From positions 71,587,508-71,651,507 of the forward strand of contig NC_068988.1 in the NCBI RefSeq assembly GCF_001194135.2: a stretch of DNA of 64,000 nt, given 5' to 3'. The first letter of the stretch is position 1, and each line of letters begins with the position of its first letter. The notes beneath the pieces are model-generated. The model did not search any database. It saw only the letters and a program-made list of their open reading frames with translations, and was not told the DNA's origin. This document shows, piece after piece, positions 11,663-25,283 of this stretch. The position numbers and the translations under genes were made by a program. The DNA comes from Octopus bimaculoides (Eukaryota).

Positions 11663-13199
11663 TAATCTTCCACTAACTGTGCCCTAGCATGCTCACATTT
11701 TTAAGACATACTTGTTATTAATAAATCAAAGAGTGCGAGCTGGCGATATTGTTAGCACACCGGTCACCCAATTTAGGATGTCTTTACGTTCTGTGTTCAA
11801 ATTCCTTTTTATTCTTTACAGGTGGATTAGTTCTAGTTGAACATCTGTTTCGCAGTAATTAGCTTATCCCGTCCCACGAAATTAGTGGCCGTGAGCCAAA
11901 TTTTGAAAGCAACATATGCATAAATCTTCGTTGATATTTTAATAACATACTCAATACATATATACGTTAAATACACATATAATTCAGTCTACAATTTTAT
12001 GTCTTTAAAACAAAAAATTACTATAACCTTTTAAGATATCTCATTAATATTTAAAAACAATCCTTAATTAAGAGGCACTTATAAGTACTTGATTTTTTTA
12101 TCAGTTGCCAAAGCTAAATCCCTTCCGATAAAATCAAATGTTAAATAAATATTGAATTGTCTTATGAAGTATAAGGGGAAACAAACAGATATATTGATGT
12201 TGGTAGGAAAGTAAACATTAAGCTTCCACAATCTGCTTAAAATAGATTCAACTTTCAATGTTTATTGTTATAATGAGGTTGTTTACTTATTTTAAAACGG
12301 GAATTGTTAGCTTTAGTACTTGTCTACTATATCCGTTACTTCAAATGTGTCACTTGTGACACCATTACAGACAATGCGTTTACTGTGTTATTGCTGATAC
12401 GCCTCAGTTAATTTTATACACACCCAGAAGACAACAAAATTATTGATTATGAATACGAGTGCGAAACGCAGCTTTGTGGCATATAATCCAGTTATAAACT
12501 GAAACTATTCCACAATGTTGTCTTTCAGTTTAGCATATCTGTATTAGAAATTTGGTTATGCTTTTTAAAAGCAGTTCATGAATGTGGCATTCACGCACAC
12601 ATAGACAAACGCATACATATGCACGCACACGCACGCACACACGCGCGCACACACACATATATAAGTCTATGTTATGTGTGTGAGTGTGTGTATGTGCATT
12701 GTCTGCTGAAGATAAGGTTTATGCATTTGCTCAACTGATGGTGCTTATGACACATGTCTTTGTTATACTCTTCAGACAATCAGACATTCTTTCTTTAATG
12801 GCATGTTAATTTAGGAGAATTTTCGATTCTTGAGATTTTTTTTTTTCCTTTCTAATTTGGAGTTAGTATTAATTGCTAGCAATTATTTCGTCTACACTCT
12901 CTGGACGCCGAGATACTAAAAGAAACTTATCTCACATGATATATAATATAAAGTTATTCCTCTTTGTTATCCAAATGCATGCCAATGATAACTCATTTTC
13001 GTTTTATTTTTGCACAAATGTATGCTTGTGTTTGGACGTACGTACTTATACCTACCTACATACACACATATACATACACATACATATGTATAATGTACTC
13101 TTTCTTTTTAATTGAGAAAAAATTTTGATCTGCTGCCTATTTGGTAGCGAGATAATAAAGGAAAGCATGTTTTGTTCATCATCCTTCTAATGTTAAGAA

Positions 13200-13628
13200 G
13201 GTCTTACAAATTGTTATAGTCCCAGATATCGTTACCATTTGTAGTGTATTAATTAAGAATTTGCATTTTCTTCCCCAAAACCCAGGTCAAGTTATACTTT
13301 CCTCTAGGCGGGTTGGTATATACCATGTTGCTCCAATAAAAATAGGTATAAAACTGAAAATGTATCTTGGGGACTGGATTTGCAGATCTATACATGTCCT
13401 TTTTTCTCTTGTATTTTTCTATCCACATTTGTGTCCAGAAGGTAGCTAATTCCACAGCAGAACACGTCTTTTCCTTATGGCCCCACACGGCAATATCAGG
13501 GCTTTTCACTTAATGACTGTTTTAACTTTTTAGTTCCACCAATATTCTTTTGACCCATCGATCTCAATGTAGCTAACTTCATCTGTAAGTTTTTCATTTT
13601 GCTTAATGTATTCCAGACTGTTCTATGT
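13200..13628 (-). mobile_element. REL-endonuclease (R4/Dong/NeSL-like) LINE 3' remnant
   Basis: Minus-strand fragments GSKEYWWN, PDIAVWGHKEKTCSAVELA and PRYIFSFIPIFIGATWYIP resemble the PD..D/E restriction-like endonuclease region. Confidence 0.55.
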
Positions 13629-13635
13629 ATACGAT

Positions 13636-14899
13636 CGAGGTGTGTTCATTAAAAATTCGCCGGACCCACCTCCCAACGACTGGGATAAACGACACTTGGC
13701 ATAATCATTAGTAATTCTCTACATAGCCACCACCAGTGGTGACACACTTCTCCCATCGCTTTATGCAGCTGTGAAAATCTTGTCTATAGAAGTCGGTAGC
13801 TTGCGTCTGGAATCACGACTTTACCTCGGAAATAAGTTCATCATCATCCGAAAAGTGCTTCCCCTTCAAAATAGACTTCATTGTAAGAAAGAGGTGGAAG
13901 TCAGATGGTGTGAGGTTGGGAGAGTAAGGGGGATGAGGAATGATTTCATAGCCGCAGGAGTGTGTTTTCATTTGGGCAACATGGCGCATTGCGAACTGAG
14001 GAGTTGTCTGGAGGAGGCGGACTCCTTTGGTCAGCCTGCCACGTCTCTCTGCATTGATGGCGTGTCGCAATTTCTGCAACAGAGAAGCATAATATTCCCC
14101 GGTAATTGTGGTGCACTTTGTCAGAAAATCAATCACCACTACTCCGCACTGGTTCAAAAAGACTGTGAGCATCACCTTACCTGTTGGGGGTTGGACACGA
14201 GCCTTCTTTGGAGGTGGAGAGTTATGCTTCCATTACTTGGACTGGACTTTAGTCTCAGGATCATGGTGGTGGACTCATGTTTCATCCTTTGTGATAATTC
14301 TGCGAAAAAAAGTCCTCCTCGTTTTTTTGGAACATTGCAAAAAAAGCCTGGGAGCAATTGATTGATTCCTGCTTATGAAGAGGTGTGATCATTCGGAGAA
14401 CCCATCATGCAGACAACTTCCGCATGTGCAAATGGTCGTGAATTATTTTTTTCCACGGACCCTAAACATAGGCTAGTTGCCGAATAGATATGCGGTGACC
14501 CTCCAAAATGGTGGTTTCCACTTTATGGATAGCGGAATGTGGTCGTCTAGGAATAGCAGCATTTTCCACCAATTTCTGACCGCATTTGAACTGGCGATGA
14601 CAGTGCCTGACTACGTCGTATGATGGTGCATCATCACCATAAACTCCATTCATCTCATTGAAAGTTTCTTTTGGTGTACGGCCTTTGAAGTATAAAAACC
14701 TGATCACTGATCTGCATTCAACTGCTTCCATTATAACACCTTAGTCCACTTCTTTAGCCGTAAAAGGCAAACGAATGTTAGTGGATATATGCAAATTACA
14801 ATGTGATATGTAGAGGCATGTTTAATTATACCTGTACAAGTTCCGTTTCCTACAATAACCGGAAGTGGATCAGCGGAAATCTTTAACGAGCACCCCTTG
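13636..14899 (-). mobile_element. Mariner transposon (about 1.26 kb, defective transposase)
   Basis: Imperfect TIRs CGAGGTGTGTTCATTAAAAATTCGCCGGACCCAC and reverse complement CAAGGGGTGCTCGTTAAAGATTTCCGCTGATCCAC, with TA after 14899. N-terminal HTH MEAVECRSVIRFLYFKGRTPKETFNEM and C-terminal HPPYSPNLTPSDFHLF. Confidence 0.92.
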
Positions 14900-14951
14900 T
14901 ATATATACATGTATGTGTATATATTTATGTATACATATACGTGGGAGGACA

Positions 14952-15004
14952 AGAGCGTTAGACTGAAGATATAAATGTTCCGGATTCGATCCTGGGTTTC
15001 GGCA
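14952..15004 (+). pseudogene. 5'-truncated tRNA-Phe(GAA) pseudogene
   Basis: AGAGCGTTAGACTGAAGATATAAATGTTCCGGATTCGATCCTGGGTTTCGGCA matches the 3' two-thirds of eukaryotic tRNA-Phe (GAGAGCGTTAGACTGAAGATCTAAAGGTCCCTGGTTCGATCCCGGGTTTCGGCA). Confidence 0.75.
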
Positions 15005-15229
15005 TCCGGAGATTGGCATCAAATTTTAGGTGCAGGCTTGACTGTGTAGTAAGAAGTTTACGTCTCAGGCATATGATTTCTAGTTCAGTCCCATTCTGCA
15101 GCACTTTTCGCAAGTGGTTTCTAATATATTCCTGGGTCGATTAATGCCTTCTGAATAGATTTGTTTGACAAATACTGAAATATATATGTGTATATATTCT
15201 TTTATGCTTTTCTTTTATACTTTTATTTG

Positions 15230-15413
15230 TTTTTGTCCATGCTGAAGCACGACCTTGAATGATTTTACTCGAAAGAATCGACCCTACTGCGTACTTTTTT
15301 TTAAAGCCTGGTAATTATTCCGTCGGTGTCTTTCGATGAGCCGTAAGTTACAGGAACATGAATACACCAGCACCGGTTGTCAAGCGGAGACATAGGACAC
15401 ACAGACACATATT

Positions 15414-15502
<89 letters not shown>

Positions 15503-15665
15503 CTAGCGTTTTTCACATTCTGTCAACCATATCAAGTGACAATGCTTTGCTCAGCCCGAGGTTAGAGTAGAAGACACTTGCTCAAGGCGTCACGCTGTGA
15601 GACTGAATCCAGAGCCATGTTGTTGGGAAGGAATCTTCTTACCATACAACCACACTTGCGCCTAT
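15230..15665 (-). mobile_element. tRNA-derived SINE with internal (AC)n
   Basis: Same family as 18618-19008 (CACCGGTTGTCAAGCG, AGAAGACACTTGCTCAAGG, CTTACCATACAACCAC). Confidence 0.7.
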
Positions 15666-16089
15666 GTGTAGAAGAAAAATATTTAATAGCTCATTTTTAT
15701 TCCATTCTTTTTAAAAACGTAGACTTCCTCTTCATCTTGTGTACGTGCCCCAAAAAGCAAAATTGAACGCGTTGTTTAAACGTATCAGTATGATAGATAT
15801 AACGTCATGAAGCATAAATCCATTTTAACTAAATACAAAAAAAAGGGAGAACTTCAATACAATAGCTTGAACCGCTAGAGATAACAGCTAAATATACTTT
15901 AAATTATTTCTTTTTTTAAATCCAAATATACAGTCTGTGATATACACACAAGTGAGGAGAAGCCTGCAACGTTGACCGAGAGATGAAGCTACATCGCAAT
16001 TAATCGCTCGTCGGATTAAATGGCGATCATTTGGGTCAATCATAAACAACAGCAAAAATAGAACTTAATACTGGTTTCAAATTTTGGCA

Positions 16090-16530
16090 GAAGGCCAGCG
16101 ATTTCTGGGAACTGGGTAGGTCGATTGCATCAGCCTCAGCGCTCAACGGCACTTATCGATCTCGAAAGGATAAAAAGCAAAGTTGACCTCGATAGCATTT
16201 GAATTCAGAACGTAAAGATGGACGGACGAGATGCCGCTATTTTTCCCGGCAAGGTAACGATTCTGCCCACTAATCGCCTTAAAAACTGAACTTAATATAA
16301 GGAATGATAGAAGACGGCGAGCTGGCAGAATCCTTAGCACGCAGGGCAAAATGCCCAGCAGCATTTCATCGATCTCTACGTTCTGAGTTGAAATTCAGCG
16401 GAGGTCTGCATTGTCTGTCATCTTTTCGAGATCGATATAAAATAAGCACCAGTTGAGCACTGGATTGAATGTAATCGACTTACCTCGTGCCCCGAACTTG
16501 CTGACCTTGTGGCAAAATTTTCAAACCAGT
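16090..16530. mobile_element. Two SINE copies back to back (minus strand 16090-16260, plus strand 16310-16530)
   Basis: Both match the 11356 family in opposite orientations. Confidence 0.65.
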
Positions 16531-16889
16531 ATTAAGAAAGTTATAGATACGTACTTTTCTCAGTAGATATTTTGTAAACAAATCTCTCAGGATTTATCTA
16601 TCTAACTGTCTCATTCTAATGTGAACTATTTATTGCTTATTATCCTTTCTACTTTTCCCTTGTAGGCATAAGGTTTGAAATGCCGCTAACGATTTTGCTA
16701 GCTCGCCATAAGTATATATAGTAATAGTAAGTATATATAATAAGTATTCACTTACTATTCAACCGTTTATTAGACATAAAACGTTATTCTATGCAGAATG
16801 TATATAAAAAGTATGCTAGGATACAGACTTACGAATTTATTTCTTTGAAATATACTTATCTAGTGTAATTCTAACCGCATTTCTATCTT

Positions 16890-17330
16890 ATCCTTTTGTC
16901 TTCTCTACATGCACGAATCTATTTTATGTAACTGGCATGCTTCGTTTGATGTTAGGATCGATATCCAATATTAATAGTTTGGACTTTTCCAATTCATGAA
17001 GCATAAGATTCTTTTACGATAATTTCTTCCATTTAAGATAAATTTTCTTTCAGTTCTTGATTGCTCCTTTCTTGATGTTTTGAACAGTTAATTATTTGAT
17101 ACTTCAATCCGGTTGTGATTTTTCTTCGATAAATGCCTTTGAAAGCGGCTTTTTTTTTCAGAATAGGCTTGTTTCATAAACATTGGACGTCAGTTTGTCA
17201 CAATATGGTGCTTCTTCCATCATATTTCGAAAGATCAGCATATTTTTCTGATGCATTTTTGTCTGCATTTACATATTGAGTTTAATGTAAACAGAAACAT
17301 TATGGATTGTCATTTTGAATATGCTGAATC
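16890..17330 (-). mobile_element. Tigger/pogo-like transposase remnant
   Basis: Minus-strand fragments NADKNASEKY, MMEEAPY..NVYETSLF*KKK and LDIDPNIKRS resemble the Tigger SAD..AA / N.DETGLFWK / DPN.ERS motifs. Confidence 0.5.
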
Positions 17331-18087
17331 AGTCAAAGCAAATAGAAGAAGCAATAGAAATTTTTCAGTTTCTGATGGAATTTCTTCTGTCTTTCATTCA
17401 GGTTTAATTAAATGCATCGATGTTTAAGGCTTTCATTTTAATGGTCACGCTGTTATGAAAACTCATTTGAATTGCAAGCTTCCTTCTACAAACATATGCT
17501 CTATATTTAAATCTAGAAATTTTCAAAACACTAAAGTGTAACTATTCACCAACTGCAACCGTTGAATTCCTTCTTCTCTGATTTCAAAGAATTCAGCACT
17601 TTAAATTTCGTTACAGTTGCTAGTAATGTCACCGCAGACCGGTTTCAAATTTTATACTCAAATAAATATCAATTTTAATATTTTCTATATACAATATCTA
17701 TTATATACACAAGATGGGTTTCGAGAAAATATCCCTCATGAAGATATCTTCGTAAAATCAGGAACTGAAATTAAAACACGTTTCATAAGGTTTAAGAATA
17801 TTATATTTTATTATTCCACGTGAAAGAAAGATGTGAGTTGTTAATAGGAAGAACACTTTAAACATTGGAGCTCGTTGATTGACAGAAGATAGAAAAGGGT
17901 TAATCGAATTCGAAACAATATGATGTTTCATTTGTAAAATTTTCTAAGAGTTTCAAAATAGACGGATGTGGTAAAGAATGCAGACAAACATGCAGTCGTG
18001 GTTTTGGTCTAAAATATTCATTACCAGTATATATCACTGTATATGTCAGTTAAGTCGGTACTTATTTTACAATAATATTAATAAGTC

Positions 18088-18292
18088 AAGGCGGCGAGCT
18101 GGAAGAATCATTTGCACGCCGGGCGAAATGCTTAGCGATATTTCGTCTGTTTTCATGTTCTGAGTTCAAATTCCGCTGAGGTCGACTTTGCTTTCCATCC
18201 TTTCTAGATCGATGAACTAAGCACCAGTTGCGCACTAGAGTCGAGCTATTCGACTGGCCCCCTCCACAAACATCTCGGACCTTCTACCTCAG
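18088..18292 (+). mobile_element. tRNA-derived SINE
   Basis: AAGGCGGCGAGCTGGAAGAATC..GAGTTCAAATTCCGCTGAGGTCGACTTTGCTTTCCATCCTTTC; same family as 11356. Confidence 0.8.
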
Positions 18293-18617
18293 GAAACTTT
18301 TGGACGCTAACACTCTTCGGTAATTGACTTCCTTAATTACAAATTTGTCATAAAAATATTTATTTCCAATAATTATATTTCAATTTCAGAATTGGGTTTA
18401 ATTAAATTCACATATCTTTCGGATCAACGTAGTTAATATTTTAGTTACAACAAACATATTTCATCATTATATTATTTTCCAATTACTTCTAGAAATCATG
18501 TTTTTAAACTAAAGACTTTATATTTTCAATCATTTCTTTCTTCAGATCAGAAAAGTAACGATAGAGAGGAGGAGGAGGAGGAAATGGCTGGGGAGAGAGA
18601 GAAGAGAGGAATACTAA

Positions 18618-19008
18618 CTCTTTACTCTTTTACTTGTTTCAGTCATTTGACTGCGGCTATGCTGGAGCACCGCCTTTAGTCGAGCAAATCGACCCCAGGA
18701 CTTATTCTTTGCAAGCCTAGTACTTATTCCATCGGTCACTTTTGCCGAACCGCTAAGCTACGGGGGCCTAAACACTCCAGCGTCGGTTGTCAAGCGATGT
18801 TGGGGGGACAAACACAAACACCCAAACACACACACACATTTATATACATATACATATATATACGACGGGTTTCTTTCAGTTTCCACTCACAAGGATTTGG
18901 TCGGCCGAGGCTATAGTAGAATTCACCTGCCCAAGGTGTCACGCAGTGGGAATGAATCCAGAGCTATGTGGTTGGTAAGCCACTTACCACAGAGCCACTC
19001 CTGCGCGT
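18618..19008 (-). mobile_element. Full-length tRNA-derived SINE
   Basis: Minus-strand head CGCAGGAGTGGCTCTGTGGTAAG..GGATTCATTCCCACTGCGTGACACCTTGGGCAGGTG, internal CA/TA tract, and an AAGAGTA-type tail. Confidence 0.8.
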
Positions 19009-20587
19009 ACTCAAAGAATGTTTTCTCGAAGTCAAACAGGTATATATACAGAGATATTGAATGTTGAATGAATGCATTTGATTTTCACACTATAGATTTT
19101 GTTGGAGGTTCTTTGTTGATTATTGCTCGAATAAAAATGGTCACAGGAAGTCTTTTTCTTTGAGTCCTTTTCTTTTGGTCTCGTTTGCATCCATATTTGT
19201 GTGTGTAGACCTATTTGGCAAGCAATACTAAGTTCTTCATATTCTACTTCATTGCTACCAGTTTTTAAATGATTCGTCCGCTTAGTTTTACAAGGTTGAT
19301 GAAGATAAAATGTAGATCATCGAAATATTAAAACTTTCATTTTTAAGAAATAAATCTAAATTCCCTTTCTATTGCATTCCGTTAGTACGATTTAAAACTC
19401 TCACTACAATCTGTAAAAGGAGTCAATAATAATTACCTTAAATGTTTATTTAAGGTTGTATATATTAGTAGCTAGACTTTAAAGTGAAATGCGCTATACA
19501 TTGTTTATAGCAAATTGCCAAACAATATAAGAACAGTTAACTTTTTTTCCAGCAGTCCAATTTCTTTATCAATATCTCTTCAATTATTCTCTAAATGTTA
19601 TTAGATAAATTTTTGCATTGATACACTGCCACAAATATAAATAAATAAGTGACAGGAAGAAAGAAAAGTAGGCTCTACCGATATTAAAAGTCTGACCATC
19701 GAATATTGATAATACATTGTACTCTTTCTGCAAGCATGCATCCTTTTCAAGTACAATACATATAATTACAAGTAACGTAATATATTTGTAGGTGTAAAGA
19801 TAAGCTTTCACTTTGATGAAAATTATCTGTAAGTTTACAATAAATTATCGAATTTTGCATTCATGTCAGGGATTAGAATTTTCTTCTATAAATCGAGGAG
19901 ACACCTGATCGAAAATTATCTTTGGTAAAACGTTTTTCTCGTAATTGCTTTGTTTACCTAAAAGTAAATATGTACCTTCTGTCGATGGCATGCATCTATA
20001 AAGGCAAAAATAACAACACATTATATTTGTCATTCAAGTTCTAATTCTCCACTGGTCAAATACATGGTTCAAATTGCCATTAAAATTGCGAAGAGATTCA
20101 ATGCAACTTCTGGCTCAGTTAAAGCATATGAATAAGAGTAGCGGACGTTTTTGCTCAAAGAATGTTCAATCAGGTATTCCTTCAAACATCTTCAATTATA
20201 TCAGCCTATGTGACATATATGTAGCTGTTATGAAACAAAATACCTGTAAGCTGATTAGACCTAACAAAAACAAAAATGAATGTATGAACGACCTATCAAA
20301 TGAAAAGAATGCAATGTTCAGAGCAAACTCTGTTCAATAATACAAAATATAGAATGAATTTATTGAAATATATAACAGTTACTGCTGTGCACATCTATCT
20401 ATCACTGTATATTTGTTCTACCTTGTCAGTATTATCATAAATTCAGTTTTTATTTCGCTCTACATATGTAGAAAATGATAGATGCCTGTATACTTGTGTA
20501 AAAGCGTTTCTGTGTTTGTAGGGTGAAAGGTTACTCAATATAAGTGTTAAGGTATATGCAGGTATGCATGTACACACACGCACGCAC

Positions 20588-20630
<43 letters not shown>

Positions 20631-20631
20631 A

Positions 20632-20670
<39 letters not shown>

Positions 20671-20735
20671 ATTCAGTGAAGGAAAAATATTAGATTATTT
20701 GAGATTGTTCTAATGATCAATATTGTATTTATGTA

Positions 20736-20763
20736 CAGGGTGCAGTAAATAAACTGTCGTCTA
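20736..20763. mobile_element. Isolated TIR of the maT-like transposon, running into an N gap
   Basis: TA|CAGGGTGCAGTAAATAAACTGTCGTC matches the TIRs at 21184 and 22046. Confidence 0.6.
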
Positions 20764-21135
20764 NNNNNNNNNNNNNNNNNNNNNNNNNNNNNNNNNNNNN
20801 NNNNNNNNNNNNNNNNNNNNNNNNNNNNNNNNNNNNNNNNNNNNNNNNNNNNNNNNNNNNNNNNNNNNNNNNNNNNNNNNNNNNNNNNNNNNNNNNNNNN
20901 NNNNNNNNNNNNNNNNNNNNNNNNNNNNNNNNNNNNNNNNNNNNNNNNNNNNNNNNNNNNNNNNNNNNNNNNNNNNNNNNNNNNNNNNNNNNNNNNNNNN
21001 NNNNNNNNNNNNNNNNNNNNNNNNNNNNNNNNNNNNNNNNNNNNNNNNNNNNNNNNNNNNNNNNNNNNNNNNNNNNNNNNNNNNNNNNNNNNNNNNNNNN
21101 NNNNNNNNNNNNNNNNNNNNNNNNNNNNNNNNNNN

Positions 21136-21172
<37 letters not shown>

Positions 21173-21183
21173 ACACATATATA

Positions 21184-22046
21184 CAGGGTACGGTGAATAA
21201 ATTGTAGTCTAAATTTAATCAAAAATGAAAATAACACTGACATTTCAACAGATATATTTACCAAAATTATATAAAATATCTTGAAATACCAAGAGTAAAT
21301 TTACTCAATAACATCGCCGTTGGCTTCAACCACGATCTCCAGACTACTTCTGGACATTCTCCGTGTTTATGTCGGTTAATGCTGCCATAATACTTGTCTT
21401 CAGTTCATCTTTAGTGTTACAAGGAATTATGTTGGTCTCTCGTTCAACTGCGTCCCATACATAATAATCAAGGGGGCTGCAATCTAGGTAGTTAGATGGC
21501 CAGATGTTAGGGGTGTTGTGGTCGCAGCAATTGTCTGAGAGTCATGACTGGGTTTTTTGGCTAGTGTAGCTTGGTGCACAGTCCTGTTGACAGACAAAAG
21601 GTCTTCCAGCAGCCACCCTCTTCACCCAAGGTAGCACTAACTCCTCCAGGCACTTGAAATATACACCTGTGTTGAATCTGAGGCCGTGTGGGAAGATATA
21701 TGGAGGTATATCGTCGCCATCACTAGTGACCACTACAAAAACCATGATATTGACAAGATGTTTGATTTTTATCACTCTCGTTACATGCCCTTAGATTGCT
21801 CTGTCCCCATATTGACACCCTAATACTCTGAAATGTTCGTATTGGAGCTTCCCGTGTGAATGCCAAGCAATATAGTATGTCATTTCCAAATCTGTCTCAG
21901 AGTGAATTGCGTCATGGTGCTGTTTTTCACACAGATGCTCCCCAAGTGATCCTACTATACTGTGTAGTCGACAAAATCAAAACCAAACAATGCGCATGTA
22001 CGAAATTAAAAATATAAAATGGCGACAATTTACCCATCGCACCCTG
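21184..22046 (-). mobile_element. maT/DD37D-like Tc1-mariner transposon, internally deleted
   Basis: TA-flanked TIRs CAGGGTACGGTGAATAAATTGT and ACAATTTACCCATCGCACCCTG. Transposase fragment VTSDGDDIPPYIFPHGLRFNTGVYFKCLEELVLPWVKRVAAGRPFVCQQDCAPSYT. Confidence 0.85.
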
Positions 22047-22831
22047 TATGTGTGTATGTACATATATATATATATATATATATATANNNNNNNNNNNNNN
22101 NNNNNNNNNNNNNNNNNNNNNNNNNNNNNNNNNNNNNNNNNNNNNNNNNNNNNNNNNNNNNNNNNNNNNNNNNNNNNNNNNNNNNNNNNNNNNNNNNNNN
22201 NNNNNNNNNNNNNNNNNNNNNNNNNNNNNNNNNNNNNNNNNNNNNNNNNNNNNNNNNNNNNNNNNNNNNNNNNNNNNNNNNNNNNNNNNNNNNNNNNNNN
22301 NNNNNNNNNNNNNNNNNNNNNNNNNNNNNNNNNNNNNNNNNNNNNNNNNNNNNNNNNNNNNNNNNNNNNNNNNNNNNNNNNNNNNNNNNNNNNNNNNNNN
22401 NNNNNNNNNNNNNNNNNNNNNNNNNNNNNNNNNNNNNNNNNNNNNNNNNNNNNNNNNNNNNNNNNNNNNNNNNNNNNNNNNNNNNNNNNNNNNNNNNNNN
22501 NNNNNNNNNNNNNNNNNNNNNNNNNNNNNNNNNNNNNNNNNNNNNNNNNNNNNNNNNNNNNNNNNNNNNNNNNNNNNNNNNNNNNNNNNNNNNNNNNNNN
22601 NNNNNNNNNNNNNNNNNNNNNNNNNNNNNNNNNNNNNNNNNNNNNNNNNNNNNNNNNNNNNNNNNNNNNNNNNNNNNNNNNNNNNNNNNNNNNNNNNNNN
22701 NNNNNNNNNNNNNNNNNNNNNNNNNNNNNNNNNNNNNNNNNNNNNNNNNNNNNNNNNNNNNNNNNNNNNNNNNNNNNNNNNNNNNNNNNNNNNNNNNNNN
22801 NNNNNNNNNNNNNNNNNNNNNNNNNNNNNNN

Positions 22832-22870
<39 letters not shown>

Positions 22871-23199
22871 GTATGTATGTATGTATGTACGTATACGTAT
22901 AAATCCGTGGGGAAGGCAATCTTTCTAGGAGAAGGTAACTCTGAATTCAAATCCTCCACTGCTGTCTTGCAGTTATTATCCTTTTGTTGGGCAAAGACTG
23001 AGAGAAAGATACTCTGATATAAAACCACTGAAGCGGTTAGACTCCGGGATAATAAAACATGCGACTTCCGTAATCACCCAGTCATCTTGCCTTGGTTTGT
23101 CACTGGATATCAGATTCTAGGAGAGGAGTGGGTGCTATACGTGTCGTGAAAGCGTGTGGTATTGATATTTAAATGTAAAGATATTTCTTCAAGTCCCTC

Positions 23200-24590
23200 G
23201 GCGATGGAATAGTGGCGACATGTGCAAGCATAACGGGCTGGGAGCGCATAGTCACGAATCTGTATGCGGGCGGCTCAGGGCCAATCTAACGTGGCTGCAT
23301 TGTTGAAAGAACAGCCTCATGTCTTGACGTGGTCGAGAGTGTCTAATCAGCCCTCTCTCTGGTAGCACTGCTCACCCAGAAATCTGGGAAAGATCTAGAA
23401 AAGGTGACCAAAACAAATGCCTGTTCTACCATCAAGCTGATCAGCAACCTGCAGCTGAAGGCTGTTCCCTACAGTAGAAGGAATACAAAGAGAAAACATG
23501 CAAGCAAGAAATATAGATTATGGGTAAGTGTATGGAATGTCAGGACACTTCTTGATCTTGAAGAGTCAAGTAACCCTGAACGGCGAACTGGCATAATAGC
23601 CAAGGAGTTGGCTAGGTATAACGTTGACATTGCTGCACTCTCAGAAATTCGGTTGAGTGAAGAAGATCAATTGACAGAAACAGGTGCTGGATACACTTTC
23701 TTTTGGAAGGGTAAACCAAGGGGTGAAAAACGAGTATGGGCTTTGCCATTCGTACCGAGTTAATCCACAAAATAGAACCTAATGATTTCAGTGATGGGGT
23801 TATGTATTTTCGAGCTCCTCTATCATGCAATCGTTTTATGACTCTTATTTCTGTTTATGCTCCTACTCTTGATAGCAGTAGCGAATCTATCATGGCTTTC
23901 TATGAAGATCACAGATAGGTTATGGTTTCGATTCGAAATGCAGATAAGATCCTCCTTCTTGGCAATTTCAAAGTCCGTGTTGGATTATGAGACTTGGGAT
24001 GTACTAGGTAGACACGGTTGGGGAAAATAAACGATAATGGTTTCCGTCTTTTTCAGCTCTGCACTGAACTTGATCTCATCATCTTCAACACTGTTTTTCA
24101 TCAGAAGGATATCGATAAAGCTACCTGGATGCACCCAAGATACAAACATGGACATATTCTTGATTATCTTATCACCAGGAAACGAGACTTTCCAGATGTT
24201 TGCACTGTCCGAGTCATGCGAGGTGCAGAACACGGGACTGACCATATGCTCATACGCGGTAAATTGAAACTACGCATCATGCGTAGAATGAGATCTAGAG
24301 TAATATAAGTCCCTAAATGTATTGATGTGTTGAAATTAAGGGACACTAAGGTACAGGTGAATCCGCGAAATGCTATTGGAGAAGTGTAATTTAATTGAAC
24401 TTGGGCTCAGTTTAAGACCACTATTTATAATGTTGGAGTTGAGGTTCTTGGTCTCAGAAACAGAAAACATCGGGACTGGTTTGATGAAAACGATCTATAG
24501 ATAAATAAACCTCTTGAGGATAAAAATAAGTTGCACCAGAAATACCTCGGTGCCCCAGATGAGGATAAAAGGCCCTTACTGCAGCCTCTT
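23200..24590 (+). mobile_element. RTE-clade LINE 5' part (APE endonuclease), degenerate
   Basis: WNVRTLLD, LARYNVDIAALSEIRL, GAGYTFFWKG, ISVYAPTL, TWMHPRYKHGHILDYLITRKRD and TDHMLIR motifs. Confidence 0.9.
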
Positions 24591-25195
24591 AAAATGATAT
24601 AATCATCACTCATGCATTCTGTAGCTTTTTTCCTGCAAACTTTCTGCTCTTCTGGCAATAAATTCTAGCTGTCAGGATGCTCGTGAATACTTTGTGTGAG
24701 CATTCCTGTTAACAGATTCCACACTAATCGTAAGTCAGTGATTGCTCTATAATTACTAGTTACATTGCCCTTGATTTTGTCTTTTATAAGAAGTATTGCT
24801 CTCTGTAGTCACCCAATTAGGTGTGACTTCTTCATTCAGGAATCTCTGTAGTGTCTCCCTAGTCTCCCATGTACAACTAAGTTACCCTTGAACTAAACCT
24901 GATCTCGGCCCTTCTAATTCGGCACTTCTCCTAACACTTTGCTCATTAACGCACTATTTAGCTTTAGATCTGATAGCTTCACACTAATTACTTCTACTTT
25001 AACTTTCTGTAGCCATGTTGCATCTCCATTATGGTTAACAGCCTTATCGCAAATATCACTCCAGAACTTTCTAGCTTCTTCTGCATACGGCTTCTCAACG
25101 TGAATAGTTTCTTCAACGTTATGTATTAGGCGATACAATCTTCTCTGGTCTGTCTCAAACAATCCACTGTAAGCAATCTTATTGCTTATGAGATG
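24590..25195 (-). mobile_element. R4/Dong-like LINE RT fragment
   Basis: FETDQRRLY..EEARKFWSDI..HNGDATWL, SNYRAITDL..WNLLTG and LLPEEQKVCRK motifs. Confidence 0.75.
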
Positions 25196-25283
25196 AATTC
25201 TACATTATTAACTAACAGAATGCATTGTAACAGAAATAAACAAAACGGAGATTAAAAAGCTAGGCACCTTTTTGACAAGTTAA

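Noticed and set aside
19070-20270. Scattered exon-like segments on the minus strand (also 28990-29440 on +, 55230-55370 on -)
   Set aside because: Splice-like sites exist but frames are short or stopped and no homology was recognised, so no host gene model can be supported.
20736-21184. Apparent tandem maT elements (two left TIRs)
   Set aside because: The first TIR runs into an N gap. A second copy cannot be told apart from a scaffolding duplication.
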